A stretch of DNA of 59,864 nt, counting the filler, from Sphacelaria rigidula (lineage: Eukaryota), in the NCBI GenBank assembly GCA_964200075.2. It is 9 parts of 9 records of this genome, joined end to end, with 100 filler letters (N's around TTAATTAATTAA, not from the genome) between each part and the next. Parts side by side here need not be neighbours in the genome. Positions count along the whole stretch, not along the records: positions 19,990 to 26,552 come from CAXNAA020019329.1; positions 26,653 to 33,215 come from CAXNAA020019330.1; positions 33,316 to 39,878 come from CAXNAA020019331.1; 6 more parts are not named here. One strand, 5' to 3'. Made by a program: the position numbers and the translations under genes. How positions within the stretch are numbered: position 1 is the stretch's first letter; each line of letters begins with the position of its first letter. The notes below the pieces were generated by a model. It saw only the letters and a program-made list of their open reading frames with translations, ran no database searches and had not been told where the DNA came from. Of this stretch, positions 21,216 through 34,000 are shown piece after piece.

Positions 21216-24200
21216 CTTGTGGGAACGCCGTTTAGCCGTACTCTAAAACCAAGTGAAAAAGATGAAAAAAAGTGCACCTGCATCCAAGGCTCTTCAACGG
21301 CGAAAAAGTTAAATGAGGCAATTGTTGTATATATTGATGGCACCGGGATCATGTGCGGTGGTAGGCATGCCAAAACAAGAGTGTAGAGCGCAAATTGTTC
21401 TTGGTTGACCGGAGTTGTAACCTGGTAAACTGACCAAAATGTGCGCGGGCATGCCCACACAACATGGATAAACAAGTGTGTAACTGGAAGCGCGGATGCG
21501 TGAAGATACAGATGACTGTTGAGATGCGACTCTTTGTGGAAAAATACTTTTTTTATGTTTGATTATAACGGTCGGTGGAGTGAGATATCCCTATATAGAT
21601 GAGATCTGGTCACTAATACGATTCTGGATATTTCCCCAATTTTCACTGTGTCGCTTCGAGCCTCACTCCCCGGTGAGGCTCGATATCTGAAATTGTTTCT
21701 CCTGCGATAGGTGGCAAGCTAATGTTGGGTGGGCGCCAACCGGCAACGAGCACAACTCCCGCTGCGTGGATCTCTCGATGAACATCGGTGGAGAGAGGAA
21801 ACAATGCTCCACGATGCAGACGCCCTCCCCATCGCCGTAGCCCGGAACGAGGGGGGCAAGAGAGAGACGCAGACTGTTTGAAAGCAAAAAAATGAGGGGG
21901 GAGGCAGGATGTGATGTCATGTGCTTTTGATTGCGCGTGTTGGAAACAGTTGAGCAAAATTTCGCTCTGCCGGTTCGCTAAGTAGAATTTCGGTACACGA
22001 TTGATTATACGCTTGAGTGACAGTATGTGTCGAGGATTATTGCTCCGCCGAATCGCAATGTAAGCGTTGCATAGTCCTTGACTGAAATAGTTTTTTTTGT
22101 TTTTCTGTTTGGAAGATTGATATCTCGAAGATTTGAAAAATAGGGCATGTGCCCTTGATGATGCGCACGCTGTACTGCAAGATGGGCGTAAAATAAACCT
22201 CACCTGAGGGTCTTGATTTTGTACTATGCTGCAGAGTTGGATGCATGTCTGAACCGATACTTGGTGTGCACTGTATTGCTTACACCATGGGAAAGCGCAA
22301 AACGTGAGAGTTTGTTTGCAAATTTCCAAGTGCGGATATCGTTATTATTCTAGTTTCGAGAGAGCTTGGTTTTGGATCTTGGTACGGTGATCTGGATCTT
22401 TGAGCGCAAGAATTTGAATGAGGTACAGAGGATTTTGACGTAACTTTTCGAAAGAAGGGGCGCACGTATGATTCTGGTATATATTGTCTCTGGGGGCAGG
22501 TGCGATTTTTTTCCGAAAGTACCTGTTCAGTGACGTGTGTAGTTTGGAGAGATATCCCTGCTCACACGATGAATTGTTGTCTTGAATGGTTTCCCGTGAG
22601 CCTACTACTGAAATGACCGTGCAAGGGGGGTGTTGAAGTGAACAGCATTCTCAGTGTAGTCTACAGTACTGACAAACCACGGTACAGAGGTACCTGCCTT
22701 CACTGGTATTGACAGTTACATGCGGGGGGATTTGATATCATGGTAGGCGTATGTCTTGTACTCACGTACGCAATGTCTGACTGGAAGGCTCCGCTTGTCA
22801 CGGTATAGAATGGCCACACCAGCTCACTCCCTTCTCTTTGCTTCGTCTGGCAGCATGATATTACTCTTCTACAACCTGATCGGCTCTGCCGTGTCCTTTG
22901 ATCGACTTCATCAATCGTGTCCATCTGTTCCGGTGTACGGATCACGAATCACTGAACAGACAGGGTTCAGCTACAGCTACTTCTTGGGCGCAAAACCCCT
23001 CAGACGAACTTTAATTGAATCACCGGAGACTCGTGGGAACACAGTCATTCTGGTTGAATAAGTGCATCACTAAAGGGTTTGGGACGCGGGAGAGACACCG
23101 AATGTTGTCGTTGTGGGGTGGTGCTCGCAAGTAAAGGGCTTCTAATTTGCTATAGCTTGGGATTGCCGGCGTGGAAAAGAGCAATCGATGAAAATATTTC
23201 CGAGAAGAGGATTTGCGCCCAAGGAGTCTTGAGAAACTGTAGCGTAAGTAATCGAAAATCAGATGGGAACACTTGCGGGACAGTTACCCAAGAGTTCGGT
23301 CCAGTCAGTCTCAGGCAGGTAACTGGACGGTATTCTTCCTTCATCTCATCACTTATGGGGCCGGTTCGTACAGCTGTAAAAATGTGCGGCGAGATTTGTT
23401 GTGTGGTCGTTAAAACGTTCAGGGCCTCGCGGCCTGCTGCGAGTCTTGCCAGCTCCGTCGAGGATGACGGTATCGTAGATAAAAAATGCCTAGCAAGACG
23501 TTCGGGCGCTAAAAACGATTTCGTGTTTTTCACTCGATCGATCGATAGCATCGCAGCAAACTAACATGGTTGAGCAGCCGGAAGTGGGGATATTGTTGCA
23601 GTCTAGCTAGGCTTCTACTTATTATGCCATCACGGTTTTACGGAATGGCGACTCATCATGATTTTCAAGATAAATCAAATCTTCAAAACCGTGCTAGCAT
23701 GATAAGTAGAAGCCGAAGTCTAGCTTGTGTTATGCAACGCGGACAGCGAGCGAGATGGATGCGTCCTGTACACGCTCGTCTCCTGCTGGCGTTCCTATTG
23801 ATACCTGCGACATCGGAAATGCATATGCGATTGCCAAGTAGCTGTTGATGGTGTGCAGCCATCAGCAGGAGACAGCACGGGCTGTGTCCGTGTCAATAAC
23901 CTAGCGGACTCGGACTCCCTTGTTTGCGTGAAGGCGTTGTCTCTTCCGCCCAAACAAAACGATTCCGAACGACCTCCACGGAAACGAAACAAAAGCGACC
24001 TGCTGGCGCATTGGCGCCCAAGGGGCTACTACGCCATCCTAGGACTCACAGAGGTGTCAAGTATGCGACGGGCCTTGGCTCTTGTCGTTATAGTATTTGA
24101 CGAAGTTCAAGTGAGTCAGGCCAATTCCGACCTCTTTGAAATTCTTCATCTCTTGGAATCGTTAAATTATACATTGCGCAGCAGACGGCCAGCATACGCC

Positions 24201-26736
24201 CACACTCTAGCATGGCCTTTCTCGTGGGCGCTACGCGACATTTCAACCTGTAATACCTCCCGATGCTGGACCCAAGGGCTGCATTGCTCTCACTCCTCTG
24301 TGTAAAGAGGAATTGTGATTTCTGTTTTCATCCATTTGAAAGGCTTGTATCCTCAGAAAAAAAGCAGCACACACTAGTGATGTGGAGGCGTTTCCAACCG
24401 GTCGAAGGACGGTGATACAAAAACGAACGGTCAAAATGCCAGGGATGCCCCCTGCAAAGACCACCTTCACAGGATTACAAAACAGTTTCAAAAGGTGGTG
24501 GTACCATTTGCCCAGAGCTTGCCCTGAAGCTGCAACCCTTCATATGGCGGAAAGCTCGTGATCCTGCAACCCTTCATAGACGGAAAGCTCGTCTACGGAT
24601 GAGTATCCATCAAGATGAGCATCTGCCAACAAGCAGCATCTAAGACCGGCGCCACTTGAGTGGCTTTCCGTCGTATTTACCTAACTTTTGTTGTGTTCTT
24701 GGACAGTGAAGCGGTCCCCCTCTCTGAACCCCATACATGTTTCATAGATGTTATGTTACCTGTTACCTGTTCAGGATTGTGAACAACTCCGCATCTATAT
24801 ATCTATATATCTACATATCTATATATATATAGATATATGCGTGTGTACACTGTAGTTTGTTTACACATTGCGATTCACGTTTCCACCCATCCAACTGTAA
24901 GGATTGAAGGCGCGTGCCCGCGTGGTTTTGGCCTTTCCAACGAACACGGATTTCCAGTCCCAATGGGATTCTGGGCAATCCTTACCATCCCCTATTCGCA
25001 TTATTCCATCAATGATGGGGTCTGACGAATCGAAAAGTGGCGTAGCATGGTCTCAAAGTGGTCCAAGATTGGTCACAAACGGAGTCAAAATGGTCTGACA
25101 TCGAATGATCGCAATCAGTTTGGTCGGCTACCATGTTGGCTAAAATATGGGCCGCCTGGTCATGTATCATTTCTGCTCCGAAACGAGGTTTCATACATGA
25201 TGCTCCTCCTGAGACCGGCCCCTTCAAGGAAGCGGTGGCGAATTTTAGCCCACTTTACCCGCGCCGACAAACGGATTGCTGATGCAGTTCATACGGATCA
25301 TGTCTTCATCGGTGAAGGCGAAAACCATTGTTGTCAATCAATTCCATGCATCGAAAAAGACACACAGTTGCAGTGCTACCCTTTACTATCAAAGACACGC
25401 AAAACAACGGACAAGAAACAACGTTCGATATCTCACAAAAAAAATGGTGGCAGTGCTGTTGGCATCCACCATCATCCACCATCGACTGCATGATACTGCG
25501 GTGATCCGCGAATCCTGTAATTCTAGCGTGAAATGGGATACGGAGAATATCACCCGGGGCGATGGGAAACGCGCACAACCTCATTCTTCTTCATTACTCT
25601 TACTTTTCAACCCCTCCTCTCTCTTCTTGAAGAGTCCGTAGTTTCAATATTTCAACATATTTTCTCCAGTAGGGTATCTACCTGAAATTTTGGTATCCCG
25701 TATCGTATCAACGCTCGCCGCGTCGACTCCAAGTCGGGTTGAGTTGTCAATAGCGTCATAACGTTTCAACGACGGGGATTACCCCTAAACTAAGGCGGTC
25801 ACTGAGCCGAACGTTCTGTCGCCTTTAAGGTCCTGCTGAGTTTTACGTAATACTCCGATGCCTGGTATTTTTACCATGCTTGAAGTCGCACACGAAGCGT
25901 ATTGCTTGGCGCGAGCGGAGAACACACAACTTCCATGTTTATCGTGAACGGCACCGGCCAGGTCGCCGAACGCCCCGTCTCAGGAATGTTATCGTTCGAA
26001 GTACTTCGGGAACACGGAATCTTACATGCAACAGAGAGCTAGGATGTCTTGTTTTATTGCAGGGAATGAGCTTGATAATCATTTTATATCGCGCGCGGGT
26101 GTCGTGATGTCGGTAGCAGCACCTGACAGACGCCGTGTACGCGAGAGATTCCGCAGTCAAGGCGTTCGGACCGTCTGCCTCGGAATCGCTGACGGAGTCT
26201 CCGTGCGCTCCTCCTGTCTCCGCCCTTGCTCCTGCTTTTTCTGGAAAGGCCCACGTACCCTCAGGAGAATGGCCCTGAGGCCGACCGAAAAAAGAAAAGA
26301 GTCAAGTTGCTGGGCCGTTTAGTCGATACGCGACGACTGCGCTGTCCAGTATCGATAAGTCAACATTCAGTCCCGATTTTTCCCAACGATCCCTTATTTT
26401 TTATTACTGAATATGAGCGTGGTTTATGCGCACGACCTTCTCCACCGAAGCAACGTGGTAAAGGCCGGCCATTTCTGATATATATATATATATACAAGGG
26501 GTTCGGCGGCTTCCGCCGCCACGCTCAATGAGATCGATAGCCAAGGTACATGNNNNNNNNNNNNNNNNNNNNNNNNNNNNNNNNNNNNNNNNNNNNTTAA
26601 TTAATTAANNNNNNNNNNNNNNNNNNNNNNNNNNNNNNNNNNNNNNNNNNNNGCGGCCGGCCCCATCCTCACACGACTAAGCCAAGCAACGAATGAGTAC
26701 GCCCCCCCCCCTCCCCCCGTTTTTCTACGATGCCAG

Positions 26737-27068
26737 GTTTTGCTCTTCGCCAACAAGTATCGCGGAGGCATTTCGTCGAAACGCGTCATCAAAGCCTTCG
26801 AATTTCTCGGACAGCGATCAAAAGAGGCCGCCGCGGCGGCACAACGAGAAGCTGCGGCCCGGTTACAAGAACAAGAAGAAGCTTCCCCAGTGGGAGTCAA
26901 ACCGCAGGAAAATTCTGCGGGTGCCTCCGAACCGGGAGGGCAACGGCAGGATGATACCGACGGGGAGATACAAGGAGGGGCCGGGCTTGTGGCTTTAATG
27001 GGGGATGTGAATAGCCTTGGATCTAGAGTTTCGGGAGAGTGGTGCTTGGCGATCAAAGCTGTGGGCAG
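26737..27068 (+). CDS. Internal exon of a probable PAP/fibrillin-like (lipocalin-fold) protein; 5' exons not in this fragment
   Basis: Pyrimidine tract plus tgccag| acceptor; open frame VLLFANKYRGG...SGEWCLAIKAVG; AG|gtgggt donor, phase 2, compatible with the next exon. Confidence 0.7.
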
Positions 27069-27719
27069 GTGGGTCGGATCGTCTGTCCATTCCGTGGAAT
27101 TGTTCTGAAACGGTTGCTTGAAAATGTAGTATTTCACCGCGTTCGCGAAACGGAACTGTAAGCGTATAGCGTACCGCGCCCGTCCTGGTGGGCCGCGTTA
27201 AGGAGGGGAGGGGGGGGGGGGTTGCCTTGTGAAGTCTGGTTGGATAGTGTCTTGCATGCCTTGGCTATATGGTTGCTGCCGATGAAGGTTGGGGTGTATT
27301 AGTTCGAATTTTTTTGTGCTGCGTGGGACCAGTTTTTGTAGGTGTTGGCATTCACAGGAGAAAATTCTTCAATTGGCCGTCGTTTCTTGTTTGTTGAATC
27401 TATTGACCGCATATTGTCATCATCCAGCGTGTGAAGTTGTGCCTGACCAATTTCACAGAGAGTTTTGGCGTCTGTGTGCTGCTAGCCTTCTGTGGAGAGT
27501 CAGCACATTTTGACAAATATTCATCAAGTACCCTGTCGATGTACGCGGTCGACACGACGATACTGGGAAGTTGAGGTGCATTAAATTCTACACGACTCAG
27601 GCGCTCACCTTTCGCCTTACAAATTGTACTCATTAGATATCTACTCCGTATGTATCGCAGTTTTCGATCCATGCATTTCATCAACTGAGGCAAAAAAAGT
27701 CAAAAGTCTCATCACACGG

Positions 27720-28070
27720 TTGTTCTTACTATTCTTATTATGTTCTTGTTGTTGTCCTTCTCCTTATTATTTGTCGCACTTTGAACCCCTCCGCTTTCGG
27801 AACGAGTCCGTGGTCTCAAGGGATCATCCCATTTCCCCCCCGGTACACGCCTTACATTTTCGTCTCGCGGATTGGATCATGACCAACACTCCCGCACGAC
27901 GTCAACTCACGTCAAACAAACTCGGGCAACTACTTTGTTTACTCACGTTCCTACGCATTCCACGGTGGAAGTCAGATACTACGAAACAAAAAAACCCAAC
28001 GCATCGGGAGTCGAACCCTCGTTCTCTCCACCCTATTGGCGATAATCGGACCATTACACCACCGGGGCGC
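27720..28070 (-). mobile_element. tRNA-derived SINE, family 2 (intronic)
   Basis: A box TGGTGTAATGG, B box GGTTCGACTCC, ~250-bp body shared with 35891-36199 and 37140-37502, and an AAT/AAG/AAC simple-repeat tail. Confidence 0.8.
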
Positions 28071-28232
28071 GGCGGCTACACACGGTGCAATTACAAAAAT
28101 CAAAAGGCGAAGGGAGAACAGCGCTGAAGATATAAAAAGTGATTGAAAAAATGTTCCAGTTTTTCGCGTATTATAATAACATCGACCTACACTACTTCGT
28201 TCTCCCTCTTCACTCACCGCGCCGATGCGCAG

Positions 28233-28385
28233 CAAGGTAGATCTGGTGCGTGGAGAGGGCATACTCAACCTCGGAGGAGGCGGTGTACTGAATGCCGTTG
28301 AGCCGGCTGGGCCGGTTTCCGTATCGAAACAAGGCGAATGGGAGCTGAATGCACGGGAGCGGAGGATTAAGCTCACGTACAATAG
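28233..28385 (+). CDS. Next exon of the PAP/fibrillin-like gene
   Basis: gcgcag| acceptor and AG|gtgagg donor; 153 nt, phase 2 to phase 2; KVDLVRGEGILNLGGGGVLNAVEPAGPVSVSKQGEWELNARERRIKLTYN. Confidence 0.75.
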
Positions 28386-29344
28386 GTGAGGCGTTTTTTG
28401 TACGAGAGGAAGCGGGGATTACGTGGGACCTGATGCGAAGGCTTGTGCGATCGAAGGTGGGGTGATGGGGAGGGAAACGTCTAAGGGTGGTACGGATCAA
28501 TGATTCGTCTGGAAATTACTTGATCCTAGTGTCATTGATTTGTACCGTACGAATCAATCCAGTTTTTAGCGTTGCAACCTAGGCATGCACGCGCAGCTCA
28601 GGCCCGTGGAATAGCACACAAAATTTCGTGGAGACCTCTTTGATCAGCGGTCAACTTTGTTGCTCGCTTTCGAGCAATCAGGCCTGAAAAATCGTGGATT
28701 TGGTGATTCAAACCGGCAATGATTTGTCCGAACCGTGGAGATGTCTGCACGAGGCGAAGGGCTTCATTCGGGCGTTGCTGATTTTTGTTCTTGTGTAGGG
28801 TCGAATAAAATATCGCGTTGACCGGTGGGATGGGCTCATGTTGCCTCATGCCGCATCATGTGCGAAATCCAGTCTCTCGGAGACGAAGGAGGAAGGATCT
28901 TGAACCTTACTGGTTTTGCCACGTGTTTATCCTCGGGGCATGAAAGCTGACCTTGTTTTTTTTTCGTCGTTGCCTTTTTATTTTATTTTATTGAAAGGTT
29001 TCCTTGGTGTCTGGTTGCTGCCTCCCTGAATCGTTCCCGCTATAGGTTGGAGTTCGCGGTATCCCGTATCCAACTCCGTCTTGTTCACCTAATTTTTTCA
29101 GGAATTCCAACACACCCACGTCTTGACATACATCAATTCACCGCAAGCTGCTGGGAGGAAGCACCGCACATACGGAAATGAAAATGGCTGGCCGATCGAG
29201 TGATGGTCGGAAGTTGAGTTGCAGTTCTTGACGAAGCAGACATTAAGAAAATTTCGCCGTATGTGTTTTTTTCTATTACTTAAAAAATAGTTTTTATCCC
29301 GGAACGAAATTATTCGGAGACAACAGTCACAAAGTCAAAACGCT

Positions 29345-29760
29345 AAGGAGAACGTGCCTGCCTGCATTCCTCATTATTGAACGTGCATTGGAACCCCCCC
29401 TCATGTGAACTATGCAAGGAGGAACGGGGCATGCTAGAGGGGGAAGTGCGGGACGTGAACGAAGATGACATGAAATCGTTTGATGCATTGGACAGCAGGG
29501 AAAAAACGATGGCTATACTCCGAGAGAGATGGTGGCCACACACGGCGAAACATGGCGGGGATAAGATATGTAAAAGGTTTTTGTGTATTTTATCGAAGAA
29601 AGGTGATGGGCGCCGGGATGTTGAAGGTGTCTCTATTAGGAGTAGGAACGGTGCTCCGTTTCGAAAGGGATGCGTGGTCAATGGTCAAACAACTAAGGCA
29701 AGCAGCAAATGAGTCCCCCCCGCCCCCTCCCCCCCCCCCCAACTCCTCCCTCCCCCCCAC
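29345..29760 (+). mobile_element. 5'-truncated non-LTR retrotransposon (LINE-like) 3' end with poly-C tail
   Basis: Intronic ORF remnant CELCKEER...AILRERWWP...GCVVNGQTTKASSK* followed directly by a C-rich tract; resembles the C-terminus of brown-algal LINE-like ORFs. Confidence 0.55.
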
Positions 29761-29844
29761 ACACCGATTTCTGTTAGATGTTCTTGAAATTGTGTCTTTC
29801 TCAGTATTACCGTAACTCAATCGTAAAACATTGCGCAGGCATCG

Positions 29845-30275
29845 TAGGTGAGGTAGGTACCCGGTACCGATATTTGGGACATCTCGTACCCTACCGATAC
29901 CGACCCAATCGAATATTTTCGAATGTTATACCTACGATACCTACAATACCACGGTATTTCGAGAAGTAAATACCTACCGTACCCGCCCGATCGAGTATTT
30001 TCAAAACTCATACCCACGATACCCACGATTCCACGGTATCTCAAAGTTTCTATACCTACCGTACCCGCCCAATCGGGTATTTTCAAAAGTCGCACCCACG
30101 ATACCTACGATACCACGGTATTTCGAGATTTCAATACCTACCGTACCCCGCTCAGTCAGGTATTTTCAAATGTCAAACCTACGATACCCACGCATACCAC
30201 GGTATGGGATACCCTGGTAAATACCGGGGGTACCCTCGGTACAGTACCTTATGTACAGTTCCCGTGAAACAGTGT
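29845..30275. repeat. Internally repetitive element: ~70-bp period of tacc(t/c)acgatacc...cggtattt motifs; probable non-autonomous DNA transposon
   Basis: Repeated atacctacgatacc, tacctaccgtaccc and ggtattttc blocks. Confidence 0.7.
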
Positions 30276-31367
30276 GTGACTCCTGAGAAAATACCGCAGC
30301 TCGTTCGTACGTGAAATGATTTTGGAAAAAAAATCCCGTCTTGTGTCATTTTCTAGTTGTCTTTGCAGCTGCATCATGTGCCATGTGCCACCTCAACAAG
30401 CACACCACAAGTGCAGTCTGTACTGTTCCTTCCTCACCCCCCTTTACGGTAGAGTAGATTTCGTCACTCGTCATTATTGATCGCAAGATTCGAAATATTG
30501 TTGTATCTCTTGAGCGTCCCGCACTTTTGGAACACAAGTCGTCCTCGATGGACGCAGGGGCATCACTCCTCACCAGCCTATTCGAGCTAGCTCCCCGTGC
30601 TGCCTCTTGCGCAGTAGATCGTGTTGCTTTCCGGCACTCAAATCATCGGTTTTTCGTTCATGAGCATATCGCGGCATTTCACAGGTGGGGAAGTCGATGA
30701 TTTGACTGATTGCTCGATTGATTGCTGCACTTTAACTGACCCCCTGAGCTGCCTAACATATCTAATTGAAGAGAACTCTCAAGTCCCTCGTTCAATTGAC
30801 AACAAATTCGTGACGGCGGGATCCGAGAACCCATAGCTCTGCCCTTACGCTACTCTGCGTGCGCAGCGTCCAGCGCTGTTGGGTGCAAATATGGAGAAAG
30901 GGGGCCAATCGAGCTAGCTCATAATCGCGATCAGTACACGAAGAAAGAAGTAAAATTCAGCTAGCCCATGAGCTGTCGGACCCGTGTCAATAATACTCGA
31001 AATGACGACGCTATGCCGCATAGAAGACAGGTGATCGAGGATATGCTGGCTGCTCTCTTGTTGTAGGATCGGGGATCATGGCTGTACAGTAATGCGTGGC
31101 ACACACAAGTTGGTCGTCGTCGGGAGAGTGAAAGTATCGTTGGGATCGGACAGCTTCAACACCAGCGGTTGGTCGTAGGAAATGATTATCGTGGCTGTTG
31201 TCTCAGGGAATCGGAAATGGGAACCCCAGGGACGTCAGGAACGGGCTCTCCACAAAAACATATCTCGAAATTTCATGTTTAGCAACTTGGTTCTGACCTA
31301 GTGAATGTCATGTAACGTCCCCCCCCTTCCCATTATCACATCCTGTGCCGTGCTCACCGTTGCTTAG

Positions 31368-31530
31368 CTCCAAGCTGGTGGGACTCGTGGACATTGGTCG
31401 GGGGAAGGAAGAGCTTGACTTGGTCGCTCTGGACGACCAGCTTCTTGTGGCGTCAACCGGGCGGGGGGGGGTGCCTGTGCTGAAGTACAGGTTATTCGTG
31501 CGAAAGAACGCGGCGCCGAGCGTTCTTTGA
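31368..31530 (+). CDS. Terminal exon of the PAP/fibrillin-like gene
   Basis: gcttag| acceptor, phase 2; SKLVGLVDIGRGKEELDLVALDDQLLVASTGRGGVPVLKYRLFVRK..L* resembles the fibrillin C-terminal L-D-x-x-Y/A-L-D-D-x-L...G-x-G motif. Confidence 0.72.
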
Positions 31531-33432
31531 CGCGCAATCTCGCGAAGCTACATCTCGGTGCAAGTCGGATGCGCTTTGGGTTTTTGAAGTGTGGAGGTAG
31601 GGGTAGATATGCCTTGGGGAACAATAGCTAGGCTGCTCTTAACACGCTCGGAAACGTTGTTCGTTGTTCGCAGGACACGTACACGTGGAGCATGTCGTGT
31701 GTATGATGTTCCCCACGCCGGCAACAGTGGATGATGACTTCGATGTATGAAATTGTTGTATGTACAGTGAATCCTTGGAGAGAATGAAGAAGAAATTTTG
31801 TACATAAAAGAAGAAAGCGAAAAAAAGGACTCCTGGTTTTCGAACTACTCAACTTGTTTTCCCTGGAGTGTGATTGCCAGATGCCTGGAGAGACGTCATG
31901 CGTGTGCTCTTTGTTCGTTTTTCGGGAGGGAGGGAGGGAGGGAGGGTGGGGGGGATGCCTAGTGAGGTAAACGTGGGGGGGAATAGGTTGCTCGGACATG
32001 AATTTCGGAACGAAGGGTTTTTTACGTACGATTTGCCCCATCGTATGCTGAGGGGTGGAGTAGTTCTCATCCGCGTGACTGGCTGGCTTGATGTGAAAAG
32101 CACCGAGTGCTTGAGAGGGGGTCTGCGATTACGGTCGGGAATTTCACCGGCGACAGTCCATTTGTTTGTGTGGCTCGGTAAGAACGTGTCTGCATGTGGA
32201 CGACTGCAGCAAGATCTGGAGTGACTAACATTTTCTCTTTCGCCGGCAATGCATGTTCATTTTTGCCGTCTCGTGACCCGCCATGCATTGCGGGTCGTTC
32301 GTGCGCACTATCGGAGTTAAAGAAACAAATAATTTGATGTTTTCGTTTTTTTCTCGAGCTTCCTTCAGCGATCATTTTCGTGTAATGGCCTTGCGTACAT
32401 CCATATCCAACGCCGCGGTTTGGGTTCGGAGCCGATTTAGAGTTAGTTCGTGTGACAGTCGATCCATCAATCCATTAGTGAGGAGGTGTATGGAGAAGGT
32501 CCCCAATGAAGATGATATACATGAAATATATCCTTTGGAGTCATGCTACGATAGGGGGGTGGGGGGCGGGGGGGGATGTTTGATCCCACCAAAAAAAGGG
32601 TCCATTGTTGTGTCGGACGACGCAATACACTCGCGGTGCGCTGTTGTTGTCGGGTAGAAACGGTGTCAAGCTGTGTGAAACGAGTGTTATATTCATCGGT
32701 AACGAGCGCATTCGAACAACTGTTGTTGCTTTCAATGACGATTTGAAGTGGAATCTCGTCGACGAAATTGCCCCAACACCCCCGCACCCTGTCGTGACAT
32801 GACACGTTGATGAATTCAAAAGGAAGCCGATATATACGTGAACGCTCCGGTACGCTACCGTGCGCCTCAACTCTATTTCCTTATACCGCAAACTCCCCCG
32901 TCCGTGCAATCGTTCGAGTGGGAGAGAGCTCCCGAGACTTCATTCCCCATGGCCCACTCGACGCCAACTGATGTGAAGTGAGCAACATTTTACTGTAAGT
33001 GTTTGATCGATGTCACAGTATAGAGAGTGACTACCTTTGCGATTAGCGGTGGCGTGACTCAATTAATAATTATCACTCGAAGAAACTTCTACAATTATAT
33101 CATCAGCGAAGCTGATGGTCGCCTCGTCCCACCAGCCACAGTCCTGATGGGATTGAGGCGTATAACGGGGGGGGGGGGGGGGGGGAAACACCTCTTTGCG
33201 GTGAAATAGAAGAAANNNNNNNNNNNNNNNNNNNNNNNNNNNNNNNNNNNNNNNNNNNNTTAATTAATTAANNNNNNNNNNNNNNNNNNNNNNNNNNNNN
33301 NNNNNNNNNNNNNNNGGGGTGATCGATCCCTCAACACTACGGACTCATCCCGAGGAGGGAGGGGGAGGGGAGTGTTAAACAAAGTACGATCGAGGGAGAA
33401 TGAAGGGGAAAAAATGAAACCGTAGACCGCAC

Positions 33433-33516
33433 CTGGTGGTCTTCACGGACGCCACTTGGTTCAGGGGTGTCTCCGTTCCATACGCCTCCACCATCACCCG
33501 GTCCAAGACTTTGGGG
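33433..33516 (-). CDS. frr: Plastid ribosome recycling factor, exon 4 (later exons not in this fragment)
   Basis: ttgcag|C then PKVLDRVMVEAYGTETPLNQVASVKTT, then AG|gtgcgg; RRF signature; phase matches exon 3. Confidence 0.9.
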
Positions 33517-33764
33517 CTGCAACGAGAGCATCGTGGGGAGCAAAAGTGGAATGTAAACAAGTGCACGAGTGTGATGATGGACGAAATCAACACTTTCGTG
33601 CTGTAAATAAGGACAGCGGCACCGGCGGAACGTTGGTTCGGGCTTCCCGAAGCAAAGATATATGCCAAGCACGCACACTGAACTTTTCATACGTAGGCCA
33701 GATCATGATCCATCTCAAAATTACTTTTCCTCAGTATACTGATCCGGATGGTTTACCCCCCCCT

Positions 33765-34000
33765 TTTCCATGTGTGTGTGTTGTCGTCCTATTTATTCTG
33801 GGCGCCAGTCTACCCCTTTCGGGATATGTTGGCACATCAGCCGGGGTCACACAGGAAGAAGGTCAACACAGGAGCTCTTCCTTTTTTATTTGTTTTTAGA
33901 ACTCCACCTTCCTTTTGCGGTGCTTGCCTTTTCTTTTATCGCGATAGGGGTTCAGCAGTCCCAATCCCTCGTCGACTGTGAAGTCGAATTTTGTACGTCT
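33765..34000 (-). mobile_element. SINE family 1, 5'-truncated copy in an RRF intron
   Basis: Aligns with 1500-1720 (cagccggggtcacacaggaag...acacaggagct...tcgac.gtga.gtcgaattttgta). Confidence 0.7.

Noticed and set aside
26026..26531. 5' exon of the fibrillin-like gene
   Set aside because: It lies in a different fragment across an artificial linker, with no convincing presequence or splice chain.
28000..28070. tRNA genes here and at ~35891, ~37440 and ~1790
   Set aside because: A/B boxes are present but I could not fold a convincing cloverleaf, and each is fused to a shared SINE body.
31358..31547. Minus-strand exon (LREIARQRTLGAAFF...) or a UGA-selenocysteine reading as a continuation of RRF
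   Set aside because: No RRF similarity; the plus strand gives a phase-compatible terminal exon of the fibrillin-like gene.
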